Assembly: GCA_023445705.1 (NCBI GenBank)
Contig: JAEXKM010000475.1
Span: 1 to 47,357, forward strand
Length of the DNA: 47,357 nt
Direction of reading: 5' to 3'
Origin: Pseudomonadota bacterium
GTDB taxonomy: Bacteria > Pseudomonadota > Alphaproteobacteria > Caulobacterales > Caulobacteraceae
Shown in pieces: positions 1-9,651 of this stretch. Each line of letters starts with the position of its first letter. Positions within the stretch are counted from its first letter, which is position 1. The notes beneath the pieces were generated by a model. The model was not told the DNA's origin and did not search any database. It saw only the letters and a list, made by a program, of their open reading frames with translations. A program made the position numbers and the translations under genes.

Positions 1-812
1 AACCAGAAGAGGTGCTGCCACAGCAGCGGATCGCCGCCGCGCAAGGGGTCGAAGAACGGCCAGTTGAGGGCGCGTTCGAGCTCCATCAAGGTCGTCGCCA
101 GGATCACCGAGGGGAAGGCGATGATGATCATGACCGCAAAGATCAGCATCGCCCAGGCGAACACCGGCAGCTTGTCGAGGGTCATGCCTGGCGCGCGGGT
201 GCGCAGCACGCCGACGATGATCTCGATGGCGCCGGCGATGGCCGAGATCTCGATGAAGCCGATGCCGACCAGCCAGAAATCGGCGTTGATCCCGGGCGAC
301 CAGGTCGTGCTGGTGAGCGGCGGATACATGAACCACCCGCCGTTTGGCGCCAGGCCGAAGAACAGCGAGGCGAAGAAGGCCAGTCCGCCGATCAGGTAGG
401 CCCAGAAGGCGTAGGCGCTAAGGCGTGGGAACGGCAAATCACGCGCCCCGAGCATCTGAGGCAGGAGCAGCACGCCAAGCGCTTCGACCGCTGGCACGGC
501 GAAGAGAAACATCATCATCGTGCCGTGCACGGTGAAGAACTGATTGTAGGTTTCCTGGGCCAGGAAGCCGTTGAGCGGCAGGGCGAGCTGGGTGCGCATC
601 AGCACCGCCAGAGCCCCCGCCAGCACAAAGAACAGCATCGCCGCGCCAACATAGTAGACGCCGACGAAGTTGTTGTTGATGGCGGTGATCCAGCCCCAGC
701 CGCTTGGCCGACACCAGATCGCCTCGAGTTCGGCAAGTTCCTGCGGCGGGCGCCGTCCCTTGGTCGGAAAGCGCTCCTCAAGGCGCTTGAGAGGTATCCC
801 CTCCTCGCTCAC
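1..812 (-). CDS. ctaD: Cytochrome c oxidase subunit I, 5' part (runs off the window start)
   Basis: Not in the ORF track. Manual minus-strand translation from GTG at 812 (GTGA overlap with the coxII stop) gives YNQFFTVHGTMMMFLF, DLPFPRL, GWFMYPPL, GGDPLLWQHLFW, which are classic CoxI motifs. Confidence 0.95.
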   Translation of the reverse strand, partial: MSEEGIPLKRLEERFPTKGRRPPQELAELEAIWCRPSGWGWITAINNNFVGVYYVGAAMLFFVLAGALAVLMRTQLALPLNGFLAQETYNQFFTVHGTMMMFLFAVPAVEALGVLLLPQMLGARDLPFPRLSAYAFWAYLIGGLAFFASLFFGLAPNGGWFMYPPLTSTTWSPGINADFWLVGIGFIEISAIAGAIEIIVGVLRTRAPGMTLDKLPVFAWAMLIFAVMIIIAFPSVILATTLMELERALNWPFFDPLRGGDPLLWQHLFW

Positions 813-1825
813 TTCCGGCTCTCCAGATAGGCGGCCAGAGCGCCGAGATCGCGCCCGCTCAGCACCGGGTAGGCGGGCATGCGGTTGCCGGGTTTGATCG
901 CCTGGCTGTCGGCGATCCATGCGGCCAGGGTTCCCCGGTTGTTGGGCAGGATCCCCGCGCCGAGGGTCCGGCGCGATCCCACATGGGTGAGGTCTGGTCC
1001 GGCCAGTCCATTGGCGCTGGTCCCGGCGATCGTGTGGCAGGCGCCGCAGCCGGCGTCTGCAAACACCTGCTCGCCATGCGCTTCGAGTTTCGGCTCTGGC
1101 GCTGGCCCTGGCGCCGGCTGTGGCGCCGGTCCAGGCGCCGGTTCTGGCGAAAAGGCGCGATCGGCCCGCTCGGCGCGCCAGGCATGGTAGGCCTCCGGCT
1201 CGTGCGCGATCACGACAAAGCCCATAAGCGCATGGGGGCCGCCGCAGTATTCGGCGCACTGCCCTGCATAGACGCCTGGGCGATCGGCCTGCAGACGCAG
1301 CAGGTTGCGCCGCCCTGGGATCATGTCTCGCTTGCCCCCCAGTCTCGGGACCCAGAAGCTGTGGATCACATCGGCGGCCTCGAGTTCGAAGACCACGGGC
1401 TGGCCGGTTGGAATATGCACCTCGTTGGCGTCGCGAAGTTGTTCGCGACCGGCCTCGTCCAGATAGGTCACCCGCCACCACCACATCTCGCCGGTGACCC
1501 GCACGCGCAGCTCACCTGGGGCTGGCGACTGGCTGAGCTGGGCGGTCAGGCCAAGTCCGTAGACCAAGAGCGCGCTGAGGACGGCGGTCGGAAACGCCAG
1601 TCCCCCCGCCCAGACCAGCCAGGGCCGCCCGAGCGCCTTTCGCCATCGCGTGGGACCGGCCAGGGCCAGGATCAGGGCCGCAAACACGATCAGCAGGACC
1701 AGCCCGCTCACCATGAGCAGCACCCAGGAGAGCAGATTCACCGGCTCGGCGAATGGGCCAGCCGGATCAAGGGCTGGCGGGGGCCAGCCCGCCAGGCCCT
1801 GGGGCGCTGGGCGGTCAGCGTTCAT
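809..1825 (-). CDS. ctaC: Cytochrome c oxidase subunit II with C-terminal cytochrome c (caa3-type)
   Basis: WWWRVTY, DVIHSFWVP, CuA motif CAEYCGGPHALM, and C-terminal CGACH...MP haem c domain. Confidence 0.95.
   Translation of the reverse strand: MNADRPAPQGLAGWPPPALDPAGPFAEPVNLLSWVLLMVSGLVLLIVFAALILALAGPTRWRKALGRPWLVWAGGLAFPTAVLSALLVYGLGLTAQLSQSPAPGELRVRVTGEMWWWRVTYLDEAGREQLRDANEVHIPTGQPVVFELEAADVIHSFWVPRLGGKRDMIPGRRNLLRLQADRPGVYAGQCAEYCGGPHALMGFVVIAHEPEAYHAWRAERADRAFSPEPAPGPAPQPAPGPAPEPKLEAHGEQVFADAGCGACHTIAGTSANGLAGPDLTHVGSRRTLGAGILPNNRGTLAAWIADSQAIKPGNRMPAYPVLSGRDLGALAAYLESRK
1092..1149. repeat. Imperfect 12-bp tandem repeats encoding the Pro/Ala linker (PEPAPGPAPQPAPGPAPEP) of CoxII
   Basis: Repeated ggcgc(t/c)gg units between the CuA and cytochrome c domains. 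Confidence 0.7.
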
Positions 1826-2210
1826 CGAGACTGTAGAGATAGGCCGCCACGTCCCTGGCCTCTTGCTCGCTCAACCCGCTGGGCGGCATGGCGACATCTG
1901 GCGCCAGGGCCGGCGCGTTGCGTAGCCAGGCGATGAGGGTCGCAGGCTGGTTGGGAAAACGCCCGGCGATGAGCGGCCGGGCTCCGAAGCCCTCCAAACC
2001 GCCGCCGAGAGTCCCCTGCGGCCATGCCACGCCTGGTATCCGATGGCAGGCCGCGCAGCCGGCTCTGGTCATCAGCTCAGGCCCGCGCTGGGGATCAGCA
2101 CCTGCGATCTCCCTGGCTGGCGAGCTCTTGTCGGCGCACCCGCCGAGAATGGCCACGAGCATGACCGCCGCGCAGCAGATCCATCCCAGCGAGCCATTGA
2201 CCCCATGCAT
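1815..2210 (-). CDS. Small mono-haem cytochrome c, probable lipoprotein
   Basis: CAACH and distal MP; LGGC lipobox-like signal; overlaps the coxII start. Confidence 0.85.
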   Translation of the reverse strand: MHGVNGSLGWICCAAVMLVAILGGCADKSSPAREIAGADPQRGPELMTRAGCAACHRIPGVAWPQGTLGGGLEGFGARPLIAGRFPNQPATLIAWLRNAPALAPDVAMPPSGLSEQEARDVAAYLYSLDER

Positions 2211-2298
2211 CGCGCCTCCCGTTCCGCTGGTTCAACCGCCACCTCCAGCGCAGGTTCCGCTTCAGGAACCAGGCCGGGGTGATGGTGTTGCGGCAGAT

Positions 2299-3039
2299 GT
2301 GCGCCTCTCCGTCCTCGTCCTGGCCCTCGCAGGCCTGCTGGTCGCCTGCCGCCCTCCCCCAGCGCGCGAGGACCTGTTTTCCGCCGACGGAGAGACCATT
2401 GCGATGAGCGGGGGCCGTGGCGGCGCGGCCAACGCCTGTTTCCGGTGCCATGGTCTCGACGGCGCGGGCGACAAGGTCAGCGTCCCCAGACTGGCGGGAC
2501 TTGAGGGCGGATATCTGCAAAAGCAGCTGGAGGACTACGCCTCGCAGCTGAGACTGGACCGCGCAATGCACGAGGCGGCGCGCTGGCTCTCGGCGTCTGA
2601 TCGGCGAGCCGTCGCCGCCTACTATAGCGCCATGCCTGCGCCCCCAAGCCGGGCATCGCCGGTGCGAACGCCTGCGGTTTGGCACGTGGGCGATCGGGCC
2701 CGCGGCCTGGTGGCCTGCGCGGCGTGTCATGGCGATGATGGACGCGGGGTGGGATCAGGCGGCCCAGCCCTGGCCGGTCAGCCGCACGCCTACACGCTCG
2801 GCCAGATCCAGGCTTGGCGAAGCGCTGAGCGACGCAACGATCCGGGCGGCCTCATGTCGAGCGCCGTCGCGACGCTGACCCCAGAGGAAGGCCGCGCCAT
2901 AGCGTTCTGGCTCGAGCAGCAACCTGCTTTTCCACGGCCCTATAGCGACGCTGCCAGACTGTCCGGCGCCGAGGCAGCTGCGGCGCAATTGGCAGCATCC
3001 CGTGCAAAACGTCGTCCCGGTCGATCAGGTGGTGTTTGA
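2299..3039 (+). CDS. Di-haem cytochrome c4/c553 family protein
   Basis: CFRCH and CAACH, with P.LAG..YL motifs. Start moved to GTG 2299, which gives an LVAC lipobox signal peptide. Confidence 0.85.
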   Translation: MRLSVLVLALAGLLVACRPPPAREDLFSADGETIAMSGGRGGAANACFRCHGLDGAGDKVSVPRLAGLEGGYLQKQLEDYASQLRLDRAMHEAARWLSASDRRAVAAYYSAMPAPPSRASPVRTPAVWHVGDRARGLVACAACHGDDGRGVGSGGPALAGQPHAYTLGQIQAWRSAERRNDPGGLMSSAVATLTPEEGRAIAFWLEQQPAFPRPYSDAARLSGAEAAAAQLAASRAKRRPGRSGGV

Positions 3040-3586
3040 GCGCAGCCCCGACATGAATGGGGACGAGCAAAACCAGAGCTATCACCAGGCCAAGGTGCGC
3101 CCACTCCGCCACGGCCTCGATCTGCCAGCGCCGCTCGATCATCAAGTCCTGAAAAGGCGCCAGGGGCCAGCGCGCCAGACCCAGCAAGGAGAGCTCCTGC
3201 TCGCGCGCCGTGGCGGAAATCATCGCCCAACCGGTCAGCGGCAATCCGAAGAGACAGGTGTAGAAGACATAGTGGGTGACATGGGCCGCCCAGCTCTCCC
3301 AACCGGGCTTGTCGGCGTCATTGATGACCGGCGGCGCCAGAGCGCGCCATGTCCCCCGGCCAAGGATGAGCACGAACATGAGCACCCCAACCGCATAGTG
3401 CAGATCATGGGCGGCCACCTTGTCGCCCCCGACCGGCAGCCGGCCCATCCACCATCCAAGTCCGAGCTGGAAGATCACCAACGCCGCCATCGCCCAGTGG
3501 AAAACGATCGCCACCGGCGAGTAGCGCCCCTCATCGGCATGGCCCGCCGCCCACTCCAGGATGTTGACGATCAGGCGGTCGATCAT
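2852..3586 (-). CDS. Cytochrome b561 (CybB-like)
   Basis: RYSPVAIVFHW, LHYAVG, HVTHYVFY, HVGAALKHH haem-ligand pattern; ATG 3586 overlaps the ctaG stop. Confidence 0.88.
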   Translation of the reverse strand: MIDRLIVNILEWAAGHADEGRYSPVAIVFHWAMAALVIFQLGLGWWMGRLPVGGDKVAAHDLHYAVGVLMFVLILGRGTWRALAPPVINDADKPGWESWAAHVTHYVFYTCLFGLPLTGWAMISATAREQELSLLGLARWPLAPFQDLMIERRWQIEAVAEWAHLGLVIALVLLVPIHVGAALKHHLIDRDDVLHGMLPIAPQLPRRRTVWQRRYRAVEKQVAARARTLWRGLPLGSASRRRST

Positions 3587-4293
3587 GCGGCTTGTTCTCG
3601 CGCTCGCGTCGAGAGACCACGACCGAACGCCATAAGCGCGGCGAGCAGATAGATGGCCGCGGCGGGAACCCACATGATCAAGCCGGCCGCTTGCTGATCT
3701 TCGAGCGGCGTCAGCCCCCAGGCCCAGGTCGAGGCCAGATGCGGCTCATAGAAGGGCCGCTGAGAAAAGGTAAGGACGGCCCCGAGCAAACCCATCGCGA
3801 CCATGGCGCCCAGAAGGACGGCCGCGGCGCTCAGCCATGAGGCTGAGCCCAGGGCGCGCCAGAACCACAGGCTAGTTCCCAGCAGGGTGACCTGCATGGC
3901 CCAGTAGCCGGCGTCGCTGCCCAGCGCCCACCCATAGGCGGCCGGCGCGTGCCAGACCCACAAGACCAGGGCTTGCGCGGCGAGCGGCGCGCCAAGGCCG
4001 CCTGGAACTCGCGGCAGGCTTGCGGCGAGCAAGGGCGCGGCCAGGGTCAGCAGGAGCACGTGATGAACGGTGCGCGCTGAGAACAGGGCCGAGCTGAGCG
4101 CGCAAAGCGGCGAGACGAAGATCAGCCAGAGGACCGCCAGGCCGAGAAAGGCTCTCGGGCGATGCGAGGCCCGGGCCCAGATCAGCCAACCGGCCAAGCA
4201 AAGGGCGGCGACCAGCGGCGGATCAAGATTCCACCGCGCCCAGATCTCTGAAGGCGATGGCGCAGCGCCGCAGTAGGGGTTCCAGCCTTGCAC
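3583..4293 (-). CDS. caa3-type oxidase assembly factor (Caa3_CtaG family)
   Basis: SPL..LFSAR.VHH, WVWHAP, EDQQAAGLIMWVP motifs. Confidence 0.88.
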   Translation of the reverse strand: MQGWNPYCGAAPSPSEIWARWNLDPPLVAALCLAGWLIWARASHRPRAFLGLAVLWLIFVSPLCALSSALFSARTVHHVLLLTLAAPLLAASLPRVPGGLGAPLAAQALVLWVWHAPAAYGWALGSDAGYWAMQVTLLGTSLWFWRALGSASWLSAAAVLLGAMVAMGLLGAVLTFSQRPFYEPHLASTWAWGLTPLEDQQAAGLIMWVPAAAIYLLAALMAFGRGLSTRAREQAA

Positions 4294-4327
4294 GTCCGTT
4301 CACAGCCTCTGGGCCAGGCGACACTCC

Positions 4328-5662
4328 TCAATGCGGGCCCGGCGCCGTGGGTTGCGCAGCCGGGCCTGGAGCGCTCGGCGCGATCCGCCAAACCGTGTTG
4401 GAGAGATCGTCAGCGACCAGCAACATCGGCCGGCGAGGATCGAAGGCGACGCCGACGGGCCGCCCGCGAGCCTTGCCCTTCGCCGTCAGGAAACCCGTCA
4501 GGAAGTCGACGGGCTGGCCTGAAGGCCGGCCGGCGGCGAACGGGACCCAGACCACCTTGTAGCCGGCGAGATCCTGACGGTTCCAGCTGCCGTGCTGCCC
4601 GATGAAGGCGCCCTCGGCAAAGCCGGCTCCAAACCCGCTGTCGGTGACGAAGCTCAATCCGAGCGCGGCCACGTGTGAGCCGAGCGCATAGTCAGGGACC
4701 AGGGCCTTGGCCACCAGTTCGGGTTTTTGTGGCCGTACGCGTGGATCGATGTTCTTGCCCCAATAGCTGTAGGGCCAGCCATAGAAGCCGCCCTCGCGCA
4801 CCTGGGTGAGGTAGTCCGGGACAAGCTGGGGCCCCAGTTCGTCGCGTTCATTGACGACCGCCCAGAGGGCGCCGGTTCGCGGTTCTATCGCCAGGGCCGT
4901 AGGGTTGCGGATCCCCCGGGCGATCGTGCGACGCGCCCCGCTCGCCCGGTCGATCTCCCAGATCACCGCCCGCTCTTCTTCGACCGCCATGCCGCGCTCG
5001 CCGACATTGCTGTTGGAGCCGACGCCGACATAGAGACGCGCGCCGTCGGCGCTCGCCGCCAGCGCCTTGGTCCAGTGGTGATTGAGCTGGGCGGGAAGCT
5101 TGGTGACCTCCTCGCCGCGCCCAAAGGCGCGGGTCTGCCCATCCTGGTAGGAAAAGCGCAGCAAGGCGTCCTGGTTGGCGACGTAGAGCGAGCCGCCGAC
5201 CAGGGCCAGGCCGTAGGGCGCGTTGAGCTTGTCGATGAAGGTCGTGCGTAGTTCGGCGTGCCCGTCATTGTCGGCGTCCCGCAGCAGCGTGATCCGGTCG
5301 CCGCCCTTCACCGGGGTCTTGCCCAAGCTCTTGATATAGCCGGCGATGACATCCTTGGGCCGAAGCTTGGGGGCTGCGCCGCCCGATCCCTCCGCCACCA
5401 GCACGTCGCCGTTCGGCAGCACCAGCATCTGGCGAGGCACCTTCAGGTCGGTCGCGAGCGCCGTCACCGTAAACCCCGGCGGCGCCTGCGGAATTTCATC
5501 TCCCCAGCCGGCCGGCCTTGCGATCTTCATGGGCGGCAGCAAGGTTTCGTTCAGCTCAGCGAGCTGCGGACGCGGCCCGGTCTGGGCGAGCTCGTCATGC
5601 TTTCGTCCGCAGGCGGCGAGCGCCAGGAGGGCCAGGAGTCCTAGGGCGAGCCGTGAGGTCAC
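4328..5662 (-). CDS. L-sorbosone dehydrogenase family (PQQ-dependent sugar dehydrogenase) lipoprotein
   Basis: NHHWTK, GSNSNVGE, GIRNP, VNERDELG, FYGWPY, HGSWNR, GRPVGV; LAAC lipobox after GTG 5662. Confidence 0.9.
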   Translation of the reverse strand: MTSRLALGLLALLALAACGRKHDELAQTGPRPQLAELNETLLPPMKIARPAGWGDEIPQAPPGFTVTALATDLKVPRQMLVLPNGDVLVAEGSGGAAPKLRPKDVIAGYIKSLGKTPVKGGDRITLLRDADNDGHAELRTTFIDKLNAPYGLALVGGSLYVANQDALLRFSYQDGQTRAFGRGEEVTKLPAQLNHHWTKALAASADGARLYVGVGSNSNVGERGMAVEEERAVIWEIDRASGARRTIARGIRNPTALAIEPRTGALWAVVNERDELGPQLVPDYLTQVREGGFYGWPYSYWGKNIDPRVRPQKPELVAKALVPDYALGSHVAALGLSFVTDSGFGAGFAEGAFIGQHGSWNRQDLAGYKVVWVPFAAGRPSGQPVDFLTGFLTAKGKARGRPVGVAFDPRRPMLLVADDLSNTVWRIAPSAPGPAAQPTAPGPH

Positions 5663-6093
5663 CGCACGCTCCCGTTCAGAGCCCGGGGCGAAAAACCGAT
5701 CGCGGCGGCGATGAGCGCCGACACGGTGGAAACAATGGAAAGCGCCAGGCCGAGCGCGGCAACCGAGCTCCAACCGTCACGGCTGTGTTGGAAGGCGTTG
5801 ACCAGGCCTGCGGCGAACATGATCGCCAGCGCAAGCACGTAGGCGATCATCCGAAGGCGCTCGTAGGCTCGGGCCAGGATCAATGAGACCAGCGCCCAGG
5901 CGAGGACGAGGCCTCCGACCAGCAGGGCCGCGGCGATCATCCAGGATGAAAAGTTCGACCACTGGAGTTCGGCGGTGCGCAGATATGCGATGTCGGCGAC
6001 CAAGGCTCCGGTGAAGAGGGCCACCGGAAAGGCCAGCAGGATGGCGTGGATCGGGTGAAGCATTGGCCTTGCGGCCGCATAGACAGGGGGCAT
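5659..6093 (-). CDS. DUF2231-like membrane protein
   Basis: HPIHAILLAFPVALF, NAFQHSRDGW, four hydrophobic helices; coupled to the sorbosone dehydrogenase gene. Confidence 0.75.
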   Translation of the reverse strand: MPPVYAAARPMLHPIHAILLAFPVALFTGALVADIAYLRTAELQWSNFSSWMIAAALLVGGLVLAWALVSLILARAYERLRMIAYVLALAIMFAAGLVNAFQHSRDGWSSVAALGLALSIVSTVSALIAAAIGFSPRALNGSVR

Positions 6094-6268
6094 CGCCTCT
6101 CCGGCGCTGAAAGCTTTCGGGACGCCGACCTGCAATCCATTGGAGCACGATCGGTTGCAAACCTCGGCCCTGCGCCCGCTGCGATGGTCCGCACGAAAAG
6201 CCAGGGACGCCGCCGCATCCATTTCCCGGCCCAGGCGTCATTGCCCCCGCAGCAAGGGACAACGCAGC

Positions 6269-6796
6269 ATGATCCATTCGCTCCTCATCGGGCTCGCCGC
6301 AGGCGCCAGATCCATCACGCCGCTCGCAGCGGTGAGCGAGGCCGCCCGTCAAAATGCGCTTCCCGCCGACAACGGCGCCCCCGCCTATCTTGGCCATCCT
6401 CTGGTGGCCGCGGGAAGCAAGGCCTTGGCCGCCGGCGAGCTGCTGGGCGACAAGCTTGAATCGGCTCCCGACAGGATCGTGCCTGCCGGCTTAGCCGCGC
6501 GACTGGTGACCGGAGCTCTGGCGGGCGCGGCCCTGGCGCCCCGTCGCCAAGCCGCGCTCGGCGCCCTGCTTGGCGCAAGCGGCGCGATCGCCGCGGCCTA
6601 TCTGACGTTCGGGCTGCGCATGCGCGCGATGCGCAGGTTTGGGCAAAAGCCGACCGGTGTGATCGAAGACGCCCTCACCCTCGGCGCGACGCAATGGGTG
6701 GTGCGGCATGCGGCCTCCGCCCACCCAAGTCCATCGCGCCATCGTTCGCTTCGAGGTTCTGCAGGTATTGGCCGCCGCAGGCCTGGCCGCGCCTAG
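6269..6796 (+). CDS. DUF4126-like membrane protein
   Basis: GLAAGARSITPLA, GELLGDKL..APDRI, IEDAL; ATG 6269. Confidence 0.65.
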   Translation: MIHSLLIGLAAGARSITPLAAVSEAARQNALPADNGAPAYLGHPLVAAGSKALAAGELLGDKLESAPDRIVPAGLAARLVTGALAGAALAPRRQAALGALLGASGAIAAAYLTFGLRMRAMRRFGQKPTGVIEDALTLGATQWVVRHAASAHPSPSRHRSLRGSAGIGRRRPGRA

Positions 6797-7053
6797 CGGG
6801 GCTTGCCTAGCTGGGCCAACAGCAGGGCCCAAAGACCGAAGGTCACCGAGACGAGGATCGCGGCGCCGGACACAATCCGGAGATTGAGATGGCGCTCCAA
6901 TTCGGCGAGGGTCATCGGCGTGGGAGGCCGCAACCAGGTCTGCAAGGCGAGTTCGAACAGCATACCGCCACCGATCCCGAGCGCGATCAGTAGCTTGCCG
7001 ATCAGCTTGAGCCGTTCAGTGCGGGACATAGCTGCGAAGTCGGGAAATTTCAC
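6793..7053 (-). CDS. Small two-TM hypothetical protein
   Basis: 86 aa with two hydrophobic segments, filling the gap between called genes. Confidence 0.5.
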   Translation of the reverse strand: MKFPDFAAMSRTERLKLIGKLLIALGIGGGMLFELALQTWLRPPTPMTLAELERHLNLRIVSGAAILVSVTFGLWALLLAQLGKPR

Positions 7054-7136
7054 GCGCGGGGACCCCTGTTCAGGGCGCCACCGGTACCGTCCAGCGTCGC
7101 TGCCCGGTAGACGTATTTCTACGGATGTCAGCCGGT

Positions 7137-8519
7137 TTATCCGCAGATTCGCCCCGCCCTACCCCAATTCGCCATCCTCAAGGCGCGCGCAGCCTGCCTT
7201 GCACGGCCGACCGGTGTCTTCAGGTCCGCTTTTGAAAGGCGGACAAAACCCACCGCGGCATAGGCATGCGCGAGGGATCCGAACCGCGTGCGGTAATGGT
7301 CGGCGCTGGGGATGAGGCTGTCGTCGTCGATCAGCTTTCCGGTCAGATCGCCTGTTCGGTGGAAGAGATCCGCCAACCCCTGAAGCATCGCGCGGTCATC
7401 CATCTGTTTGGGATGGTGCTTGGGCTGGGCGTATCCGATCGCTTCATAGGCGCCGCGGAGGCTGCCGAACCTGCGCCGATAGGACCGATAGGAGCGCTCC
7501 ACCAGAGCTGCGAGCTTTGGTTCGCTGAGGACGCCATGGCGCGCGGCCAACGACCTGAGCGCGGCCAGAAGCGCCTCGTTCGTAGGGGGCCGCTGGCGCT
7601 CCAGGACCGCCTGGACGGCCTCGAACATCCGACGAGGCACAATCCTTGGGGCGCCTCTCGTGGATCTGACCCAGTCCTCGGGCGGCGCCCGTCTCGTTCG
7701 CCCGCCCAAGGGGGTGTGGCGCCGATGGGTGACGAGCACACCGGCGTATTTAGGGTTGGTCAAAATCTCGCGCACCTTCCGCGCGCTCCAGGGATCGCCG
7801 TTCGGACCCAGCCGGCCAGCTGCGTTCAGGTGGCGGGCGATCGCAGCAGGAGCCGCCGCCTCCTGCGCGCAGCAGGCGAAGATCTCGCGCACCAGGGCGA
7901 CCTCCTGGCGTGGCCCGGCCACCAGGATGGTGTGCTGATGCGGGTCGATCTTGCGCTCACCGTCCTCAAGGGTCCGGCCTAAGGCGCCGTCGGCGCCAAC
8001 GATCCGGCGGCGCAACCCATAGCCGGGCCGCCCATGCTGCCAGTGGCCCTGCCCTGCCAATCGTCTCTGTGCGTCGCGCACCTTCTGACCAAGCTCGCGC
8101 GAGAACTCCGCGGCCATGGCGCGCCTGACGCCCTTAAGCAGCGCGCCCTCAAGACCACCGCTGCTCAATCCGTCGACGCAATATTCGACGCAAACCCCTT
8201 CGCTGCGACACAGCCACTCGTAGTGGGCCGCCTCGTCCGGGTCCTGGAAACGACCAAAACGACTGACATCGTAGGCGAGGATGACCTCGAAATCGGCCTG
8301 ACCTGAGAGCACGACCTGAAGCATCGCCTGGAAGGCTGGCCGCCCGCGCGCGCTCAGGCCGCTCGCGCCGGCGTCCTCGTAGGTGCGCACGACCTCATAG
8401 CCTCTAAGAAGCGCATAGGCTTCGATCGCTGCGGCCTGGTTGGCCGGCGAGTTCGGTTGGTGATCGGTCGACATCCGCAGGTATTGCGCCGCGCGCACGC
8501 TGGCCCCTGGCCAAGTCAT
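7137..8519 (-). CDS. Large serine recombinase with two C-terminal Y..RFGSL..AY repeats
   Basis: AAQYLRMSTDHQ catalytic-Ser motif, D.GASG, DVSRFGRFQD, recombinase domain ILTNPKYAG. Confidence 0.9.
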   Translation of the reverse strand: MTWPGASVRAAQYLRMSTDHQPNSPANQAAAIEAYALLRGYEVVRTYEDAGASGLSARGRPAFQAMLQVVLSGQADFEVILAYDVSRFGRFQDPDEAAHYEWLCRSEGVCVEYCVDGLSSGGLEGALLKGVRRAMAAEFSRELGQKVRDAQRRLAGQGHWQHGRPGYGLRRRIVGADGALGRTLEDGERKIDPHQHTILVAGPRQEVALVREIFACCAQEAAAPAAIARHLNAAGRLGPNGDPWSARKVREILTNPKYAGVLVTHRRHTPLGGRTRRAPPEDWVRSTRGAPRIVPRRMFEAVQAVLERQRPPTNEALLAALRSLAARHGVLSEPKLAALVERSYRSYRRRFGSLRGAYEAIGYAQPKHHPKQMDDRAMLQGLADLFHRTGDLTGKLIDDDSLIPSADHYRTRFGSLAHAYAAVGFVRLSKADLKTPVGRARQAARALRMANWGRAGRICG

Positions 8520-9640
8520 GAGGATCGCCGCCGAGCTGGGACGTAGCCGATGAGCTCATAGGCCCGCGAAAGCCCGCCGAACCGGTTGCCGTAGGTCTGG
8601 GCGGTCGGCAGCTCCGGCGCGGCGTTGATGATCGCCGAGGTGAGCTGGCCCTTGACCCGCCACAGCCGCCGCAAGCCCTCGAGCATCGCGCGATCGTCCA
8701 TGAGCACGGTCTTGGCCGCGATGAGCTTGGCCGCCCGCGCCTGGTCTTCCCGCGATACGACCCCGCTCAAGGCGCCGCGCAGGACCACCCAGTGCTCGGC
8801 CGGCTGGCGCTTGGACGCGCCTTGCAGCCGCTGGCGGGTGCGCCCGAACACGAAATCGCCGGCATAGGCCGGGTGGGTGAGGATCTGGCGCACGTGCTGG
8901 TAGGTCCAGGCGTGGCCATCGGCGCGCGCACGCCCCTCCCTGTTGAGACGCCGAACGATCGCGGTGCGCGTCAGGCGTTCCTCCAGGAAGAGCCGATAGA
9001 TCTCCCGCACCGTGGCTTGCTCACCAGCCGGACCGGGGGCCAGCACCACCTTGTGGCTGGCGTTCGACTTCAGCTCGCCGGGCTTCAGGATCCGGACCAT
9101 CGCGCCGCTGGCGTCCAGCTCACAGCGCCGTAGCCCGTAGGGAGCCGGCCCGCCCTGCCATTGGCCTTCGCCAGCCAGGCGGCGCTGGGCGCCGGCCACC
9201 AGCTCCGAGAGCTTGCGGCTATATTCGGCCGCCATCACCCGCTTGAGCTGCTTGAGCACGTCGGCGGTGACGCCTCCGACACCCAGGCCCTCGGCGCAAT
9301 ATTCCACGCCGACCCCGGCTTGCCGGCAAAAGAACTCGTAGTGGGCGCTTTCGTCGGGGTCTTGGAACCGGCCCCAGCGGCTGATGTCATAGACAAGGAT
9401 GGTGTCAAAGGCGGCCTCGCCTTGCGCCACATCGGCCAGCAATTGGCGAAGGCCCCCCCTGCCCTTGACGCTAAGGCCACTGACCCCGGCGTCTCTATAG
9501 GTGCGGACGACCTCCAGCCCGCGCTCAGCGGCGTAGATTGCGATCGCGGTTCTTTGGTTCTCCAGCGAATAGACCTGCTGGTCGCTCGACATGCGCAGGT
9601 ATTGGGCCGCCTTGCGAGGTGATGGAGCGCTGCTGTCCAT
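8516..9640 (-). CDS. Large serine recombinase, paralog of 7137-8519
   Basis: AAQYLRMSSDQQ, DAGVSG, DISRWGRFQD, ILTHPAYAG; ATGA coupling to the next recombinase. Confidence 0.9.
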   Translation of the reverse strand: MDSSAPSPRKAAQYLRMSSDQQVYSLENQRTAIAIYAAERGLEVVRTYRDAGVSGLSVKGRGGLRQLLADVAQGEAAFDTILVYDISRWGRFQDPDESAHYEFFCRQAGVGVEYCAEGLGVGGVTADVLKQLKRVMAAEYSRKLSELVAGAQRRLAGEGQWQGGPAPYGLRRCELDASGAMVRILKPGELKSNASHKVVLAPGPAGEQATVREIYRLFLEERLTRTAIVRRLNREGRARADGHAWTYQHVRQILTHPAYAGDFVFGRTRQRLQGASKRQPAEHWVVLRGALSGVVSREDQARAAKLIAAKTVLMDDRAMLEGLRRLWRVKGQLTSAIINAAPELPTAQTYGNRFGGLSRAYELIGYVPARRRSS

Positions 9641-9651
9641 CACCGCACCCC

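Noticed and set aside
12..830. 272-aa plus-strand ORF, and similar long antisense ORFs (e.g. 29671-31101, 33410-34744, 27636-28937)
   Set aside because: Shadow frames of well-supported opposite-strand genes in GC-rich DNA, with no motifs.
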